Assembly (NCBI GenBank): GCA_951406725.2
Contig: OX597819.1
Coordinates: 54,436,001-54,500,000 of the forward strand
DNA: 64,000 nt
Direction: 5' to 3'
From: Octopus vulgaris
Lineage: Eukaryota
The first letter of the stretch is position 1. Each line of letters starts with the position of its first letter. Of the stretch, positions 14,201 to 26,926 are shown piece by piece. A model generated the notes under the pieces. That model saw only the letters and a list, made by a program, of their open reading frames with translations. It was not told the origin of the DNA and made no database searches. Made by a program: the position numbers and the translations under genes.

Positions 14201-16412
14201 ATAACCTACTGTAGCTATTTTATTCATTTATACCATATTTCTTGGAACGATATTGAGTCTTCTGTAGCATTTTGTCAGGGTATGGTTTTGTACTGAAGTA
14301 TTGTAAACATTTTGTTTAGTTTTCTTTAAAATAATTATTTTGTTGCCCTTCCTTAATATTGTTGTATCAAGGGAGTGAGGAAGCAGTATTTGTCCTGTAT
14401 TATGTTTGAATTATTTGTGATATAGGACATGAATATTTCTTTTTTTGCTTTGACTTTTATAACAACTTTCATTTGCTCCTTTTTATCTCTGGGGAAAAGA
14501 TAACACCTACAGATGCTATTTGCTCTTGGACATTAAACAAGAAATTAAGGGGATTCAAAATATTCCTTAGTTGGTGGATATTCCTATGCTAAGATGTAGT
14601 CTTGTTTTACATGTCTAAATGAATGAACACTATAATAAATTGTTTACTTCCAATAAAATTTGGATTCATAGTTGTAGATGAGTCTTCTCTTGTAGAAGTA
14701 CCAAGTTTGTCTGTTGAAAAACAGACAGGTAAATATAGCTATTGTCTCTGCATCATTTGTTTTACAATGCAGCATATCAAGTTTTTAATTGAAATTAATG
14801 CAGATCTCTTGATGAGAAACTTTAGTGTTGCCCTTTGTCTTCTAAAATGCTTGCATTCCTTCCTAGGTTTAGGCATTTCGTCTTGCATAAATACCAATAT
14901 TCTATTCTGCATATATCACCATGATGTTTTCTCACCTTCTTTATTTAATATCTTTACAAACTTACTGCTTGCAGGTATTGATATCATTTTGGCTCTTTCT
15001 TTTGATCTTCATGTACATACAAGTGACAAAACTTAATCACTGATGAAACTACAAATCAACCCAAACTATAGAAATCCATCAGTGGCCTTATATTTTCAGC
15101 TTTCCCTATCATCAGAATGTTATGAAAGAAAGACCTTTTGGCCAACTCAATAAAAACTAAGAATTTGTCTCAGACGGCACATTATGGGAAAAGCAATTGC
15201 AAGATTTACTTTCCCCGAGTTTTGTTAGACTGTAACTTAGGTGTGAATGTCTTCGATTTTTGGATTCCAGTCAGTAAACTAGATCTCAGACTTGTCCTAA
15301 ATCTGATCAATGTCTTACTATGACAGGTTTTTTTAATTAAATCGTCCTGGGTGAATTTTTCAAACCTAACAGTTCATATGTCTCTGGGAGGTGGTAGTGA
15401 TATTATTTAACGCTCTTTCTGCCTTTTAGACACACAAATCGAAATAATGAATGCATTAAAAAAAAAAACCTCCAAAATCTCTTTGGTCCTACATTTCTCT
15501 CTAACATTGCTACAAAATGTCTCACTTATTTTAATTGTGTCCTCCACCCATCCACCCCAAAAGCTGTATCTTACTTAGACACTGGTGTATGGAAACAATT
15601 TTGGATTATCATTTCTGAGTATTAGCATTGTTACCAACCAGTGACACTTAGATTGTATCAGATAAATATAAGCATATCAAGAAAAAGTTTAGTCGATTTG
15701 TTTAGGTAAATAGTTTTTCTCTATATGTCTGTATTTTTGTATATAAATAATGTTTACTGTATCTTCTGTATTGAGAGGTTAAGAATAAATTATTATTTCT
15801 ATATGTATAGATGTGTGTGATTTGTAACCTGAAGGAGCGATATATAAGTCCCTTTTTAAGTTAACTTGTCTTGCTTAAATAACTTGTTTTAATCACTGAA
15901 AGAAGTGAGAAAGCAGGTTATTTTAAAGCATTTCTAAGTTAAACTTAGTCTATGTGCAATATGTGATGCTATGACTAAAATATATTTTTATTTAATTTGT
16001 TGTTTAAACAATGTACTTCTGTTATTTTTTTCTTGTCTTGTATGTGTTTATATGCTCCTGATGTTTTTTTTTTGTTCTTTTTTTCAAGGAGGCATGTTTA
16101 CTTCAACTAGTTTATTGTCTGTATAGGTTTATTGGTTCTCAGCCAGTTTACTGCCGCCAGTCCCTTATTATGGCAAGCTGTAACTTACTGGCTGAAAATT
16201 ATCTATTATTGTGAATGTTATATTGGCTGCGTGTGTGAAAACTGCAATGTGATAAAGAAAAAAAAAATAATAATAATCCTAACTCATGTAAAGTCTGCTA
16301 ACTTTACAAGCCACAACAGATACGTCTCTGCTTGAATACAAAAATAAAATAAAATCTAAAAACAATTCCTTCATGCATAAATGTTTTATGAATAAAAACA
16401 ATATCAACTTAA
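5258..16412 (+). other. Putative very long (~11 kb) 3'UTR of the APBA gene
   Basis: No recognisable SINE/LINE/DNA transposon from the stop codon to ~17.0 kb, unlike the rest of the window; U/A-rich; ends at a strong poly(A) signal. Confidence 0.5.
8345..8655. repeat. Degenerate ~75-bp tandem repeat in the putative 3'UTR
   Basis: caatgttttgttggtgctcattga...tgg(t/c)caatgtatt recurs at ~8447, ~8520 and ~8597. Confidence 0.75.
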
Positions 16413-16435
16413 ACTTTTGTTTTCTATGTGTTTTT
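16391..16435 (+). terminator. Polyadenylation signal with downstream U/GU-rich element
   Basis: AATAAA at 16391-16396 (further AATAAA near 16343-16353 and 16377), then cttttgttttctatgtgtttt ~20 nt downstream; coincides with the end of the TE-free zone. Confidence 0.55.
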
Positions 16436-17025
16436 AATTCCCCCCATTATAATGTGACTTTCTTCTAAATGTAGATCAATGAAAGGCTGGAGCAGCTTTA
16501 GCAGGATTTGATCTAATGCCTAATTTCTCAGTTTTCAGTGATTTTGTTGATTTGCTACAGTCCCTTTCTCTTGGTAACCCAACCCTGTCTACTATCACTG
16601 AACATCTAAATAATAATAATGTAATAATAATGAAATTATTGTATACAGTGCTCAGGTGCACCACAACTTGTCAGAAAGTGTGTATAGAGTACATGCAGTA
16701 ATGTACAAATGTCTGGAAAGCGAACAATGTATGAGTCAGATACATGCTTGTGTGTGTATGGAGGGGAGAAAATCAGGTGTAGTGTTGGCGAATCTCAGAA
16801 AGTATGGAAGTTTTGAAGGATGCAGTGCTCCGACAATTAACAACTGATGCCGGCAGTTTATATAATACAAATATAATACTTTATTCCAGAACTCATAGAT
16901 GATGGAATGAAAATATGAGAAATACAGTAAGTTTAGCACAAGAGTCTACTGTCTCATTAAGGCTGTCAGGCAAAATTGCATCATAACAATACTAATTGAT
17001 ATTTTGAGAATATTTAAGGCTTTGA

Positions 17026-17235
17026 GCTGATAGGACCATTAGCATGCTGGACAAAATGCTTAGCAGCATTTTGCCTGTCTTTACATTCTGAGTTCAAATT
17101 CCACCAAGGTTGACATTGCCTTTCATTCTTTTGGGGGTCAATAAAATAAACACCAGTGGAATACTGAGGTTGATGTAATTGATTTAACCCTTTCCCTGAA
17201 ATTACTGGCCTTGTGCCAAAATGTGAAACCAGTGT
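17026..17235 (+). mobile_element. tRNA-derived SINE family B (Deu/Nin-domain-like), CpG-decayed copy
   Basis: ttctgagttcaaattcc B-box; gcctttcattcttttgggggtcaataaaa; aattactggccttgtgccaaa tail. Confidence 0.8.
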
Positions 17236-17404
17236 TTTGAGGATATTTTATAAATAATGCAACAGTATTTCATGTGTGGTTGAGATGTTTGTTTTGTTTC
17301 CTAACTATGTAGATTCAGGTTTAGTCTTACTGTGTGACAGCTTGGGAAAGGGGCCTGGGATGACCCAAAACCTTGAGTAGATTTGGTAAACAGAAACTGA
17401 AAGA

Positions 17405-18056
17405 CCAAGATCAAAGAAATGACAGATGGTTGTGTGCAGACCCTTCTGAAGTTCCAAGTGTTATGCATACAAAATTTCCTGCAATAGTCATGGTTTTAGG
17501 GGTTGTCAGCAATGAAGGACATGATATGCCTCCTTACTTCTTTCCACAAGACCTTAGAGTTAACTCTGCCACCTACATTGAGGTCCTGGAAATAATTGTT
17601 AAGCCTTGGATAGATAGTGTATGCAATGGAAGGCCATATGTGTTTCAGTAAGACTCTGCACTATCACACATGGCTCTAGTAACATGAATGGTTGAAAATT
17701 TTCATGACCACATAACCCCTAACATTTGACTTTTCCTAATTCCCCAGATCTCAATCCATTGGAATATTACATGTGGAACATTGTTGAGAGAGATGCCAAT
17801 GAGCATGCCCATAACAACAAAGATTCTTTTAAAGTTGCCATAGTCAGAGTAATGTCCAAAATGAACCAAGACCACTTCATTTGAGCATGTAGATGATTCG
17901 GATCTCATAGAAGCAGTTGTTGAAGCTGAAGGTGACTTTATTGAATAACATTATAGAAAAGAAGGTTTATTTTTATCTTCATAACAGTTTTTGATAAATA
18001 AAGTTATCTGTTTTTTTATAAACATAAATCTGTCCTTAAATATTTTACACACCCTG
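17405..18056 (+). mobile_element. Tc1/mariner (DD37D/maT-like) transposase remnant with right TIR
   Basis: KFPAIVMVLGVVSNEGH...PYVFQ*DSA...SPDLNPL.YY.W with stops and frameshifts; ends cacaccctg|TA. Confidence 0.8.
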
Positions 18057-19242
18057 TATATATATTTTGGCTGTTCACCAGTGAGGAAAGACCATCGCTG
18101 ATCATTAAAAACATTTTGCACTCAGAGAAATCTGCTGGTGACTAATGAGCTCAGCTCTTGAGAAACATATATGTCTGCTGATATTACAGACCAGACTTCC
18201 CCCATTCGCTAACTGGCAGTGCATTTTCAAGCATCATAAAAAAATGCCTGTTTTTTGAGTTTTTTTTTGGCGGGGTATGAAAATATCCCCTTCTTCCTTT
18301 ACTTGTTTCCTCCATTGTTGGCAATGACAAGCATTACTTTCCCAACTGACCTCTCATATTTCACATTTCTTCAATGAAGACTGCGCAATCCTTGAATCAT
18401 GGTCTTGTTTTCTACTAGGAGTGCTTTCCTCAAACAAGTATGCAGTCCAATGTAAACAGTGTACCATTGCCTCAATGCTCAGGACGTCGACTATTCTCAA
18501 GACCACTGTGCCTGGAATTTGCATGCATGCATACATACATAAATTTGTGTGTGTGCATGTGTTATCTCTGCTACTGCTTGATAACTGGTGTTGATTTGTT
18601 TGTGCATCTGTAAATTCACAGTTTGGCAAAGGCAATTGATGGAATTAATACTAGACTTAAAATGTTTAGATTTTGTTTTATAAAATGTCTGTGATTGATT
18701 TGTTCAGCCTAACCCTTCGAGGCAGTGTCCCATCAAGGCTACAGTTAAATGACCAAGAAAAAGTAAAAGAATAAAAGATTATTAAACCACTGCATTTTTT
18801 TTTTTATCATTAACTATTTGATTTTGAACTGCTCCTTTCCTGTCTAAAGCGGTTTTAGAAGTGGTCAGGTGTAGATGTTTTTATGGCTTCCAAGAAGAAA
18901 GGCAGCACATGAACTTTTGCATAACCTCTAAGACTGGTGAAAGGAAGTCACCCTCAGATTAGAGACGTAAATGCTGCAGGTACCCTAGATCAGAAAGCAT
19001 AGTTAAACTGGGTGAAGTTTCCTTAGGAACAGAAACGGTCCCTTTAAGCGGCATCCAGCTTCCAGCAAACAAATTTCACTCACAAGGTCAATTTGAAGCC
19101 AAGATAAAAAGCAAAATGCTTGATATACAGCAGGACTGAATATGAAACCACTAAGTTCCCAAAGAAATTTCTTGACCACATAATCATGTTTGTGTGTTCA
19201 TGGATTTAGTCTAAGTATACTGATTTCTGTCCTTGTTATATA

Positions 19243-19875
19243 TTGGGTTGGTGCGTAATTATTGTGGCTTTTTTTCTACAAATAATAGGTGCAGGAGTGG
19301 CTGTGTGATAAGTAGCTTGCTTACCAACCACATGGTTCCGGTTTCATTCCCACTGCGTGGTACCTTGGGCAAGTGTCTTCTACTATAGCCTTGGCCCAAC
19401 CAAAGCCTTGTGGGTGGATTTGGTAGACAGAAAACTGAAAGAAGCCTGTCGTATATATATATATATATATGTTTGTGTCTGTGTTTGTCCCCCCAACATC
19501 GCTTGACAACCGATGCTGGTGTGTTTACGTCCCCATAACTTAGCGGTTCGGCAAAAGAGACCGATAGAATAAATACTAGGCTTACAAAGAATAAGTCCTG
19601 GGGTTGATTTGCTTGACTAAAGGTGCTGCTCCAGCATGGCTGCAGTCAAATGACTGAAACAAGTAAAAGAGTAAATGTTATTCAACAAAAACAATAACAA
19701 TATGTAACAAAAACATCTTTAAATGATTATTCTAGAGCATATTCACCATCTACTTCAATTACTGCTTCCTATTTGCTTGGCAGACCATCATTTAAAGATG
19801 CTTTTGTTAAATATTGCTGTTTTTGTTGAATAAAATTAGTTGAAAAAAAGCTGCAATAATTATGCACCAACTCAA
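19243..19875 (-). mobile_element. Mariner-derived MITE (TA TSD) carrying a nested SINE A
   Basis: TIRs TA|ttgggttggtgcgtaattattg and caataattatgcaccaactcaa|TA; internal minus-strand transposase C-terminus LPSK*EAVIEVDGEY. Confidence 0.85.
19286..19674 (+). mobile_element. SINE family A, full length
   Basis: tRNA-like head (ggagtggctgtgtgataag...ggtttcattccc), ccttgggcaagt CORE-like motif, internal (TA)n, aaaagag tail. Confidence 0.9.
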
Positions 19876-21007
19876 TAGTATTATTAGATTTATCGTTGGA
19901 AGTCAACAGTATTGTTAGATCACTATCTAGCTGTTTTAATTTGTCATGTTTTTTTTATACAAATATTTACAAAACATTTTCAATATTTTATCGAATATGT
20001 CAGGTAAACATTCTTAAATATCTAGTACGCATTGAAATCTCTCTCTCTCTCACTCCCTCTCTTTCTTTCTTCCTTTCTGTCTCTCTCTTTCTCTCCCTCT
20101 CTCTTCCTCCTTCCCTCTCCCTCTCATTCCCTTTCACTCTCATTCTATCTTTCCACATGCACACACACACACGCACGCGTGCACACAAATAACAAAAGAA
20201 AAAGGAGAAAAGAAAGACTTCTGAAACTTAAAAATCTTTGATCTTCCGAGGAACTTAAATGTATGAATTTTTTAAAACAATACATTGAATCCTAAAGTAT
20301 CTGATACAAGATATGATAAAACAAATGGAAGTCGATTTTCTGTATCAATACTTCTCTTTCCCCACTAGAAATGTTTATTAAATAATCAATGTTGGAATGT
20401 TGTTTTAGTAAGAACCTGAAGTATTTGATTGAAGGAATATCTGCGTGTGTGTTAGCTAATGTGTTCACTAAGAGGATCGATTTGCCTTGGCATTACATAA
20501 GGTTATGGAATCAAGTTAACTGATTCTCATTTTATTGACAGATTTAAAGGCATTTAAAACCCAGAAGCATTTCTATACAACCTTACAAGGATGATGTAAA
20601 TAAATCTATGACAACCTTAAAATTCAATTCAAATTTAGATGTAGTGAAAACTGTTTATTTTGGTTCGGTCTTGATATATACATCGCGAAAAAAAATTTCC
20701 AAAAGTATTTTAGAGCCACTTCCAATTATTTTATGCAACAGAGCTTTCATAACTGAGGTGTTTCTTTCAGTAGGATGATTCCAAATGTTTCATCTAAGAC
20801 TATCACATCTAGATTTTGTGTAATCCCATCTCTGTTTCTGCGTGGTTTAGCATAAACTGCATATAAATGTGTTTTTAATCTGGTGGAAGATAGAGATTGG
20901 CAAAAGATTTATCATTCAGCTTAACATCCACAATGCAATGTTGCATGGAAGTGAAATATGGGTTACTGAATGCAGAGAGGATGCAAAATATGGTAAGAAA
21001 ATTCATG

Positions 21008-21160
21008 ACAGACTTCTTTTAGTTTCCGTCTACCAAATCCACTCACAAGGCTTTGATTGGCCAAGGTTGTAGTAGAAGACACTTCTGATAGATGCCACGC
21101 AGTGGGACTGAAACCAGAACCATGTAGTTGGGAAGCAAGCTTCTTACCACACAGTCACCC
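21008..21160 (-). mobile_element. SINE family A, 5' half
   Basis: Reverse complement of the 19286-19450 segment. Confidence 0.8.
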
Positions 21161-21164
21161 TTGC

Positions 21165-22322
21165 TGGGAAGATAGTTTTTGTATGTGGCAGATGCTTGGG
21201 AGCAATAAACACTGAAAATGCGCAGAGACCAACTTCCGCCACATTCCAGGTAGAAAAACTAGAAGTAGTTGATAGCTTCCGTTACCTAGGAGACCAAGTC
21301 AGTAGCGGAGGTGGGTGCACTGAAAGTGTAGCTGCTAGAATAAGAATAGCTTGGGCAAAGTTCAGAGAGCTCTTGCCTCTGCTGGTGACAAAGGGCCTCT
21401 TGCTCAGAGTAAAAGGTAGACTGTATGACGCTTGTGTACGAACAGCCATGCTACATGGCAGTGAAACATGGGCTGTGACTGCTGAGGACATGCGTAAGCT
21501 TGCAAGGAATGAAGCCAGTATGATCCGATGGATATGTAATGTCTGTGTGCATACTCGACAGAGTGTAAGTACCTTGAGAGAAAAGTTGGACCTAAGAAGC
21601 ATCAGATGTGGTGTGCAAGAGAGACGACTGCGCTGGTATGGTCATGTGGCAAGAATGGACAAGGACAGCTGTGTGAAAAAGGGCCACACCCTGGAGGTTG
21701 AGGGAACCTGTGGAAGAGGTAGACCCAGGAAGACCTGGAATGAAGTGGTGAATCAATCAAAAGCAAAATCAAAATCAAATTCGATGACTGGCGTCCATGC
21801 TAGCAGGGTGCAAAGAGTATCATATGAGCGTGATCATTGATAGAGCGGCTAACTGGCTTCCATGCCAGTGGCACTTCAAGGGCACCATTTGAGCGTGATC
21901 GTTACCAGCGTCGCCTTACAGGCACTTGTGCCCGTGCTAGTAGGGTGCCAAGAGTACCATCCAAGCGTGACCGTTGCCAGAGCAGCCAACTGGCTTCCAT
22001 GCCAGTGGCACATAAAAGGGCACCATTCAAGCGTGATCATTACCAAAGTCGCCTTACTGGCACCTGTGCTGGTGGCATGTGTAAAAGGATTCGAGCGAGG
22101 TTGTTGCCAGTACCGCCTGACTGGCCCCCGTGCTGGTGGCACGTAAAAAGCACCCACTACACTCTCAGAGTGGTTGGCATTAGGAAGGGCATCCAGCTGT
22201 AGAAACTGCCAAATCAAGATTGGAGCCTGGTGCAGCCATCTGGTTCACCAGCCATCAGTCAAAATCGTCCAACCCATGCTAGCATGGAAAGCGGATATTA
22301 AACGATGATGATGATGATGATG
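21165..22322 (+). mobile_element. RTE-clade LINE, 5'-truncated: RT C-terminus plus 3'UTR with GC-rich tandem subrepeats and (GAT)n tail
   Basis: LEVVDSFRYLGD, RIRIAWAKFREL, MLHGSETW, RRLRWYGHVARM, RGRPRKTW; ends cggatattaaacgatgatgatg. Confidence 0.9.
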
Positions 22323-22325
22323 ATA

Positions 22326-23148
22326 TCAGATCATTAAGAATGAAATGTCTGATTTTCCAGTACATCAAGTTTCACTGTCATTAACTCTAATGTTTCATCC
22401 GGATAATTCTTTGTTTTACAATATTGAAGAGATACATCATCACTTTTTGAAATGCAATGGTGAGTTTTCTGTTGTAAATCAATTTTTGTGAATCTATGGA
22501 TAGATAAAAAATTTGTGTTTATGAATATGAGTTCCGTTGTGGAACCAATGCATCCCAGCTTGAAACATCAATGAGGTATTTGGTGAAGATGTAGCAAATG
22601 AGTACACTGTATGCTGATGGCTTGAAAAGTTCCAGTTTGGTGACTTTACTATTGAAAATCAGCCCTGTGGTAGACCTGAGATCTAGGTAGATAATGATGA
22701 ACTGGAAACTATAGTGGAAGCAGATACATCTCAAGCTACGCATGAGGAATTAGCAGCAAGGTTTGATGTTTCGATTCCAACTGTAGTGGACCATCTGAAA
22801 CAAATTGGCAAGGTAAAGAATCTGGACTTGTGGGTACCACATGAACTGACTGAGCATTAAATGACACATTGTCTTGAAACTTGCTGTCATGGCATAAAAG
22901 CAAACCATTTTCACATTGTATTGTTACATGTGATGAAAAGATAGATTCTTTACAACAATAGCAACCATTCTGCACAGTGGTTGGATAGAGATAAAGTGCC
23001 AAAACACAATCCAAAAAAGAATATTCACCAAAAAGGCTAATGGTGTCAGTTTGGTGGTCCAGCACTGGTGTAATCCACTACAGCTTCATGAGACCTGGTA
23101 AATCAATTACAGCAGATGTATACATCAACCATTTGGATGAAATGATGA
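22326..23148 (+). mobile_element. Mariner (cecropia/Hsmar1-like) transposase pseudogene, 5' part
   Basis: From ATG 22496: INEVFGEDVANE, WVPHEL, IVTCDEK, LMVSVWWS; multiple stops and frameshifts; truncated by a SINE. Confidence 0.88.
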
Positions 23149-23650
23149 CTCTTTACTCTTTTACTTGTTTCAGTCATTTGACTGTGGCCATACTGGAGCA
23201 CCACCTTTAGTCGAGCAAATCGACCCCTGGATTTATTCTTTGTAAGCCTTGTACTTATTCTATCAGTCTCTTTTGCTGAACTGCAAAGTTATGGGGACAT
23301 AAACACACTAGCATTGGTTGTCAAGCGATGTGGAGGGGACAAACACAGACACACAAACACACACACATACATATTAGAACTGTTCTGTAATTGTGGTAGA
23401 GTAAGACGCCAAGAAGTGGAAAAGTCTCTTCCGCATTTCATTTCACTTGATGCCACTCAATTACATTTTGGAGTGATATACATATATACAACGGGCTTCT
23501 TTCAGTTTCCATCAACCAAATCCACTCAGAAGGCTTTGGTCGGCCTGAGGCTATAGTAGAAGACATTTGCTCAAGGTGCCATGCAGTGGGACTAACCCGG
23601 AACCATGTGGTTGGTAAGCAAGCTACTTACCACACAACTACTACTACACC
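23148..23650 (-). mobile_element. SINE family A interrupted by a 107-bp captured sequence
   Basis: Reverse complement of SINE A; non-SINE insert at 23371-23477 inside its microsatellite. Confidence 0.85.
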
Positions 23651-23665
23651 TTGTTTAAATAATTT

Positions 23666-23703
<38 letters not shown>

Positions 23704-23704
<1 letters not shown>

Positions 23705-23872
23705 CTGGAGTAAGCACACAAATGCAAAATAAGGTGGAAAAAAGAGTACTCAAATACCAGAGTTTCACATTCTCATTCATTGGATAATTTTGTTTAGAAA
23801 ATGTCCAATGAACAGGAATGTAAAACTCTGAGTAACAGTTTTATTAATATTTCTGCTGCTTTTCAATAAAGT
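23704..23872. mobile_element. Short foldback element, probably Penelope terminal-repeat derived, with inverted hammerhead-like motifs
   Basis: Homologous to 40009-40198 and 41131-41275; inverted arms at 23758-23791 and 23798-23830. Confidence 0.6.
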
Positions 23873-23887
23873 GTGTGTATATATATA

Positions 23888-24355
23888 TCATCATCATCAT
23901 CATTTAACGTCCGTTTTCCGTGCTAGCATGAGTTGGACGGTTTGACCGGGGTCTGGGAAACTAGGAGGCTGCACCAGGCTCCAGTCTGATCTGGCAGTGT
24001 TTCTACAGCTGGATGCCCTTCCTAACGCCAACCACTCCATGAGTGTAGTGGGTGCTTTTTACACAGGTGCCAGGGGAGGCTGGCAGCAGCCCCGATTGGT
24101 TGGTTTCTTTTTATGTGCCACCGGCACAGAAACCAGTCAAGGCGGCGCTGGCATCGGCCACGTTCGGATGGTGCTTTTTACGTGCCACCGGCACAGGTAT
24201 CACAACTACAATTTCCAATTGATATTTATTTTGATGTTGATGTACTTGACTCAATAGGTCTCCTCAAGCACAGCAGGTCACCCTACGATCCAAGGTAAGC
24301 ACAGCAGGTCGTTCTGCAATCCAAGGTACTTTGGATGGGCTGGGGCTATGCGAAA
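23888..24355 (-). mobile_element. RTE LINE 3'UTR-derived element with (GAT)n tail
   Basis: (ATC)n followed by the reverse complement of the 22140-22320 LINE tail. Confidence 0.8.
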
Positions 24356-24886
24356 CATATATATATATATACACACAGAGTAAGAATACTCTGTTCTTTA
24401 AACATTTACCCCTATCTAAGAGAAATGAAATGAATATAAACATGATATATGCTTTGTGGACTTAAATACTTACTATTAGAAAAGTGTTTTATGATTGCAG
24501 GAATGATATCGATTCTGTATATATAAGTAATAGGTTTGTAGTGACAGATTTGAAGTTCAAGTATTTTTTTGAGAATACAAGAGATGCATGAAGAGAAAAC
24601 TTGCTTAAGGAAGGTATGAAAGCAAGATAAAAATTTGTCTTTCCAGAAGGTTAGTTTCGCTTTAAAAGAAATACTGCACATCACAGAGGCGTTTTTACAT
24701 CTGGTTTCTTTTCAGTAGACACAGAGTTCCCATATTTTAAGGGAGTCACTGAAAGTCTTGTGGTCTTCATCACTCCAAAATGTAATTGAGTGGCATCAAG
24801 TGAAATGAAATGCAGAAGAGACTTTTCCACTTCTCAGCGTCTTACTCTACCACAATTACAGATCAGTTCTAATATAAATATATATC

Positions 24887-24922
<36 letters not shown>

Positions 24923-26139
24923 AACACACACACACACACACAAGAAACGGATCTAAAGCTAGGCAAGGTAATACTTGTCAACTGAAGCTGAGTGAATTAC
25001 TAACTCAAAGGAATCAAAGTGACTTTGATAACGACTTAAAAGATGATGATGTCACGAACTAAAGTAGTGTTCTGAAAGAGAAAGAAACAAAAAAAACAAA
25101 CTGGAATAATTTTCCGTTTTTATTTCTTTGATCAATTGGCTAATATTTGGCCAAACACACACTAACACACACACACACACACACACGCACAAACACATGC
25201 ACAAACACACACACACTGACACACACACACACTGACACACACACACACACACAGAAGAACACATACAGTCTCACTGTATATATTATGTATGTATGAAAAT
25301 ATATATATTGAATATATATATCTATATTATGTATATAAATACACACATGATGTATATATGTATATATACATAATGCATATATGCATATATATATATATAT
25401 ATATATACACATAGGTATATATATATTAACGCATACATATAACCACGCATATTGTAGAGCATTGATTTAGTTGCTTAAGTCAATGGACTGGGCCATACTG
25501 GGGCTCTTCACTGTCAATCAAAAATGGATTTCAGTCACAATTTCGCTATGGTATTTATTTTATCGATCTCTGTTAATCAGGTGGCTCTGTCACTTTTTGA
25601 CATGAAAAGATGCAATTCAGAATAAAGGGACAAACAAACAAATGAACACACACACGCATACAGTATATGCACACAAAGATATATATAGTAGTATGTGTAT
25701 CTATATGTACACACAAACATATAATATAAATATACATATACATAGAGAGAGAGGGGGAGAAAAGGTACATATACACATGTTTATATGTCTATCTGTATGA
25801 ATGTGTATGTTATCCACGCCTCTCCTGCATATGCACATGCAATAAAAGACACACATGCACATGCATAAAAGCAAAGATCTAATTGTGCAATCATACTACC
25901 ATTAGCTGATATGCAACTGAGACCCATCACAGCAGGCCTGACGTGTGATACACATCACTTAAATAACTTTTGAGACATATTTATGAAACCTTTCTTCAGA
26001 CATATAAAGAGCTTTATACAAGATGGTCTTGATATACTCGCCCATCTACCTAATACATTCAACAACAATACTTTGTTATGTGTGATGTAGGGAATCTTTG
26101 ATATAAAATTACACACAATCATGGACTACCAGAACATAT

Positions 26140-26345
26140 CGATTTCAAATTTTGGCACAAGGCCAGTAAGTTCGAAGGAGGGGGTAAGTCGATCACATAG
26201 ACCCAAGTGCTTCACTGGTACTTATTTTATTGACCCTGAAAGGATGGAAGGCTAAGTCAAACTTGGCAGAATTTGAACTCAGAATATAAAGACTGATGAA
26301 ATGCTGCTAAGCATTTTGTCTGGCATGCTAACAAGTCTGTAAGGC
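26140..26345 (-). mobile_element. SINE family B
   Basis: gaatttgaactcagaa, accctgaaaggatggaaggc and tttggcacaaggccag are reverse complements of SINE B motifs. Confidence 0.8.
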
Positions 26346-26778
26346 TCGACATTGATAAAAAATGTATTGTAGATGGTCCTCAGTTCATTCTAAAATATAC
26401 GGTCTTTGCATTTGGTGAAACAGCCTATTGACAAATGTAAAGAACAGCCATGGAAACAAAAGTCGCCCTAATGTGTGTCAACTTTGTTATATGATGCCAT
26501 AATCTGAAGATCTATAAACAATCTTAACAAATATATGGAAAAGAATTCAGCTGTTATATGAAGGAAGGCAGGAAAACATTCCTGGATAACTGTTTTGAAT
26601 TATTTATATGAATTAAGTTTTAATTAGTGTACATTACTGACCATATACTAACAAATTTACCTTTTTTAATCACAGAGCTACTAGTTACATCTCTTTTCAA
26701 GAAATCAACATAAACATCATTGACTACGTAATATTACCACATGTGAAATAAACTCAAGGATAGAAAGAAGGTTTAGAC

Positions 26779-26926
26779 CAGTGGTTCCCAATGTTTTCAC
26801 TACCAAGGACCCCTTTTAATATGCTTATCCTTATGTATATGTATATATATATATACATCTGAAATTTTGAATTCATTTCACGGACCCCCAGTACTGTCTT
26901 TGTGTACCACAGGTGGAGAACCACTG
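26779..26926. mobile_element. hAT (Charlie-like) MITE
   Basis: TIRs cagtggttc / gaaccactg; 8-bp TSD gtttagac / gtctagac. Confidence 0.85.

Noticed and set aside
14623-15036. 137-aa ORF in the TE-free tract
   Set aside because: No recognisable motif or splice context; composition matches the AT-rich background.
15038-15085. CTGATGA...GAAA, possible hammerhead in the putative UTR
   Set aside because: No stem II or stem III pairing; cactgatg simply pairs with catcagtg as an ordinary short inverted repeat.
21780-22150. Regularly recurring GC-rich motifs resembling a CRISPR array
   Set aside because: Degenerate tandem subrepeats within a LINE 3'UTR; no unique spacers, no cas genes, eukaryotic context.
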